Origin: Chrysomallon squamiferum
Lineage: Eukaryota; Animalia; Mollusca
Reading direction: 5' to 3'
Length of the DNA stretch: 64,000 nucleotides
Assembly: GCA_012295275.1 (NCBI GenBank)
Contig: CM022666.1
Location: 1,984,001-2,048,000 of the forward strand
The translations under genes were made by a program, and so were the position numbers. Shown here one piece after another: positions 59,120 to 64,000 of this stretch. Below the pieces are notes generated by a model. It worked only from the letters and a program-made list of their open reading frames with translations, was not told the DNA's origin and made no database searches. Each line of letters opens with the position of its first letter. Position 1 is the stretch's first letter.

Positions 59120-59406
59120 GTGCTGCTGTCGAAGTGGGTGTCATCATATTCTGCGCCATGCTGAACAAGGAGGTGTACAAGCTGGGGTGGGGTCCCGCAC
59201 TCCCGGGCGCAGGCGGGTTTCTTCAGCTCTGCCTGGCGTTCGGCGGCTACCTCGGCTGGAGAAACGTCGGCGACGACGACTTCGACGACCTCAGCATCTC
59301 CGAGAAGCTGGATCTCGAGCACGAGCGGAAACAGTTTGTGCCTTACGGTAGGAGTGTGTCTGCCAACTCGAACACCTCGTGCAACGCCGTGTCCACCAAA
59401 GTCTGA
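59120..59406 (+). CDS. Shared terminal coding exon (end of TM3, short ECL2, TM4, cytoplasmic tail with PDZ-binding-like -STKV)
   Basis: Acceptor ttcccctaacctcAG|GT. Reads (G)AAVEVGVIIFCAMLNKEVYKLGWGPALPGAGGFLQLCLAFGGYLGWRNVGDDDFDDL...NAVSTKV with TGA at 59404-59406. YKLGWG resembles the Y/F-G-W-S/A motif before TM4 in the PMP22/claudin clan. High GC at third positions. Confidence 0.92.
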
Positions 59407-59597
59407 TAGCGAGGCTCGCGCGCGCCATTCCACAAACTGTCTTCTGTCTTCACAGCGCGTGCAGAGAGGTTCTGTGTTTGAGATAGATATCAATGCAAAA
59501 AAAAAAAGGAATCAAATTTTGACCCGTGTACGCGTAAAATTTTCAAAAAAAAACCCCAAATATGCATTTTATTTTATTTTTTTTAATTTAATTTTTT

Positions 59598-59630
<33 letters not shown>

Positions 59631-59672
59631 TTATTATTTTATTATTTTATATTTTTTTAATTTTATTATTTT

Positions 59673-59705
<33 letters not shown>

Positions 59706-59825
59706 TTTTTTGTATTATTTTTTTATTATTATTTTTATTTTTTTATTTTTTTATTATTATAATTTTTTTACCAAGTTTGGGCGCTGGTGGAATTTTTCTC
59801 CTCCCCTCCCAACCTTCCCCCCCCA

Positions 59826-60046
59826 AATAAAAAAAAAATCGTTTTTCGTCTTGTACTCAAGTAGAACATTTCAGTACTTGTCTGTTAAACGTTGAAATGA
59901 TATATCGACTTCTAATGTGACAGGAATTAACAGCAAGAGTGTTCTACGCTGGACCGCAAAATATGTTGGCGAGATTTACAAAGGAACGAAAGATTTTTTT
60001 TTTTTTTTTTAAGAAAGTCTTTCTTTGACTTCTTTAAATAAATAAA
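59826..60046 (+). other. Candidate polyadenylation signals (AATAAA at 59826 and 60037)
   Basis: AATAAA hexamers downstream of the stop codon. The evidence is weak because the background is A/T-rich. Confidence 0.2.
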
Positions 60047-61297
60047 AAAAATAAAAAAATGGCTCTCCAACTAAATGAGATTGGTTATTGCAGTTTGTCA
60101 TGACAACAACGAGGAAGATTTTATTTTGTTCAGACGAAGAACAAAACAGATATTTCATTTCTCATTTGTCATGAAGAACAAATGGATCCTTCGGTTTTTT
60201 TTTTTTTTTTTTTTACAGTCGTGCTTTCAAAAAAGAATCAGTCACTGTAAGCGATGATGAACACAAGGAGAAGATTTTATGAGATATTCGTCTTCGTCTA
60301 TATGAGTTATTTGTGAGTTTAACAGCTGAAAAAAAAAAAAAATTTACTACCTGCCTTCAGTTTTGTTTTGTCATCACTGTTAAAATCTTCAATTTTCGAA
60401 ACTTTGTGAAATCCAAGATTTCTGTTTCTGATGCAGAGAGTGTTAATAGGCTATCGTTAAATCATGAATCACTGTGAGAGACATACATGGAAATGATTCC
60501 CCAGTTATTGTTGCCATGGAGACAAGAGTACTCTTCGTTGTGTGACAAGATACGCTACAGTTACAGAATGATGATGTAACAGTCCATTTGTTATCAACGT
60601 TCACGCATCATTAATCACAGTTTTAACACGAAGTCTCTATTAGAAACGTGTCTCTATTATGAGAATAGAAAAAAAAATTCTTTCCAGATTAATGTAGCAG
60701 AAATAACATATTTCATCTTTTCGGAGAATTGAAAGAAAAATAATATTTAAAAATATATATATCACAAAAAGCAACAAAAAAAAAAAAAAAAAAAAAAATC
60801 TTTCGAGAAGATGAAAAAAAAAAAAAAATGGGACCAAATTGTGTTATTGATTTTAACAAAGGATTTGATGAATTGTTCTGTGTCTGTTCAAACACACACA
60901 CACACACACACCAAAAAACCAACTAAAAAAAAATATATATATATATATATATTTGTTTCTTATTCATCAAAATTCCTGGAAAATTATTCGTTTCTGCTGC
61001 AAGAAGAGAGAAAAATGACATTCGCGTACTGGGAGAAATGTTTGGATTAGAAAATGGGAAAAAGTTTATCAAGTTCCAGTCTGGCGACACGGATCTGTTT
61101 TAACAACAGACAAATGCATCATCATGATGCGAAGAAATTTCTGCTTTCTCAGAACGTTTGTTCTCAGTGACAAGTACAATGTACTGATAGCAAATACAAC
61201 AGTATTACAGAGATGGCGATCAAAGAAAATTTAATCAGAGGGTGAATGTAAACTATTTTCTGATTTATATTTATATATATATATATATAGTGAAGAA

Positions 61298-61372
<75 letters not shown>

Positions 61373-61608
61373 TGATTTAGGAAGGTTCCAGAAGGCATGA
61401 TGTACTTCGGTCAATCTTGGAATATTACGAAAACTCGTAAACATTGGTGCAACATATAAAACATATATAGAGATAGTCATTATGCCAAGGCAACAGAGTA
61501 ATTTTTACGTCATAATAAAAATATGACGTCATATGAGTGTGCCCGCCGTAAGAGTCAAAATGTTCATTTACTACGCAAAAAAAAAAAACACGTCACAAAT
61601 CTTAAAAA

Positions 61609-61661
<53 letters not shown>

Positions 61662-62316
61662 TGACCTAAAAATAATCACAAGTGCTTGTCTCTCAAACAT
61701 CACAGAATGGTGCACGCTACATAACAAAAATGAAAAAAAAAAAAAATCGGTGCATGCTGTATACCACTACTACTACTACTACTACTAGTTGGCTCAACAC
61801 CTAGTGCCTTCGCAATTATGACGTCATTAAAACCTGTATGACATCATCACTTTTGCCATTTATTCCACAAATTGCAGATGGCGAGCACACAAAAAACGTG
61901 TTTTTTGGTTTTACACAAACAAATCGAATTCGTGTCGTATGAAACTACTCGCTACTGAAGCTTGAAGTCGCGTGAAGAAATTGCATAAGCTGTAAAGCGT
62001 TTTTTCGGAGTAATTTTATACGATACGTTGAAAATAAAAAAAAAAAACAACGTTTATTTTAAAAGACTTGATTATTAATTAGTTTTATTCATTTGGAACT
62101 GAAAAGAAATTTAAATTATAGTATACCTTTCGAAACTATAATATATCTTTATAAATGAAAATCTGTAGCAGTGTTCAAGTTTTACACAGACAAAATTTAA
62201 CACTGTCGATTTAAAATGTTTTACGATAAAATGCACGTTGTCTTCCAGTGGCTCAGTTTGAATAGAGTTTTTACGCAAAGTACGTAGAGATTTCGTTTCT
62301 TGAGCGTTTTTATCTG

Positions 62317-62358
<42 letters not shown>

Positions 62359-62618
62359 ATATTATGGGATTTTGTTTCAATATAAGTTTTATTATAATGT
62401 TATTATGTCAGTTTTTGCGTGATACAAATATGTGTTTTAGAAATTATTGCTGAAATGTAGTTAGGATATTGGTCATAAAAAGCCTGTATAAGTAATGATA
62501 TAATTACAAATTCACAATTTGGTCTATATCTTTTTCTCGCGATCTTCTGGCTTTTATGCAATATATATATATATATAATTTTTTTCCTGTTTCTAACATT
62601 TCTTCTACTAATTATATA

Positions 62619-62733
<115 letters not shown>

Positions 62734-63260
62734 TTACAATGTTACACTAATAGCGGGGGAATTTTTATGGTGGGGTGTTTAATTTTAATTTTAATTTGTC
62801 CGTCCTTATTTCCGTCCCCTAGCTCTCATTTATTTGTGACGTAAGAGTTGAAAAAAAAAAAAAAAAAAAAATCTTGATCTTTGTTTCTCGACAAAACTAA
62901 TGTCCCAAACAGGTTTCACACAGAACTCTTTCAGGTGCCAAATAAATATATATATATATATATATGATAGCAATAATAACGTAAAATTGGCGCTGAAGGT
63001 GAGATAAACATAAAACACTATTACGTCTTTTTCTTTTCACATTTTAAAATAAAAGATAATAAGATTCTAGGTAATGAGGGAAATAAAGATGATATGTAAC
63101 GGAAAGAACTTGAATATAACATGCTGAAAAGACAAATACCTATATACATACACACACACACACATACATAAATATTCTATAGTGATGGTACATTAACAGT
63201 TATCTGACACAAAAAGCAAGATCATCATATATGTCTGTCTGTGTGTGTGTGTGCGTGTTC

Positions 63261-63302
<42 letters not shown>

Positions 63303-64000
63303 GAAATGAAATTTATATAAATGAAAATTTATTGCTTGCTTATATTATATTGTAAAATATTCCATTCTTTAAGGGACCAACAATTTTACTTTGTGAAAAA
63401 AAATATTTTTCTTCAATCTTTTTATGAAATATGTATGTAACGCATGAGTGATAAAAAGTATTGTTTATTTATTTTATTATGAAAACCGTTTTTTCTCTCA
63501 ATTTTTGGAAATGTTTTCTATTGCATTTTTTATTTCCACTTTTGATGTTAGTTTTTTTATACAGATATAGATATATAGATATAGATAGACAGACAGACAG
63601 AGAGATGTACAGATATAGATATATGAATTTTAGGAAGTTTTGTTTTGTTTTTCTATTTTTATCTTATTATGTTTAGATTTCTGTATTTGTTCTGTTTGTC
63701 TTTTTTATTTTTATAATTTTGTGTCTGGTAAAAAAACTTGTCTGTTTTATTGCTCTTGTTATTTTTTTTTTTTTTTTTTTTTTAATACGGTAAAATACCG
63801 TAGGACAAACAAACATATTTAAAAAAAAATTATTTATTGTTTTTTCTAAAAATTTTGCTTTTAATTCATTTAACGAAGATTCACGGAACGTTTACTATTT
63901 ATTAAAATATGCAACTAATCCATTAATATAGCTAATTTATAAATGTCATTTAGCTGTCGTTTAACCAATCATTTTTCACACCTGTCATTCGTCATAATTT

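Overview
Eukaryotic (animal) genomic DNA, very AT-rich and saturated with microsatellites ((ATT)n, (GA)n, (CA)n, (TA)n, (TAG)n, (ATAC)n, poly-A/T). It looks like a mollusc, possibly a gastropod; this guess rests on repeat character and a remembered SINE family and is unverified. Nearly all ORFs in the supplied track are microsatellite translations. One real + strand gene can be assembled: a four-TM claudin/PMP22/EMP/MP20-like protein. It has two paralogous N-terminal exons (21245-21578 and 37248-37602), each encoding Met + TM1 + extracellular loop 1 and ending in a phase-1 GT donor. Only one set of downstream exons was found (58068-58241, 59120-59406), encoding TM2-TM4 and a tail ending -STKV. 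Both joins are in frame, predicting 264-aa and 271-aa isoforms with swappable ectodomains. Each ectodomain carries a mirror-symmetric six-cysteine pattern (C-x4/5-C-x13-C-x9-C-x13-C-x5-C), suggesting a long disulfide-laddered beta-hairpin, and the two differ in charge. The rest is intron/intergenic DNA with a degenerate SINE, a palindromic MITE-like element, minisatellites, local duplications and several CpG-rich non-coding islands. All calls were made by eye, with no database search or expression data.
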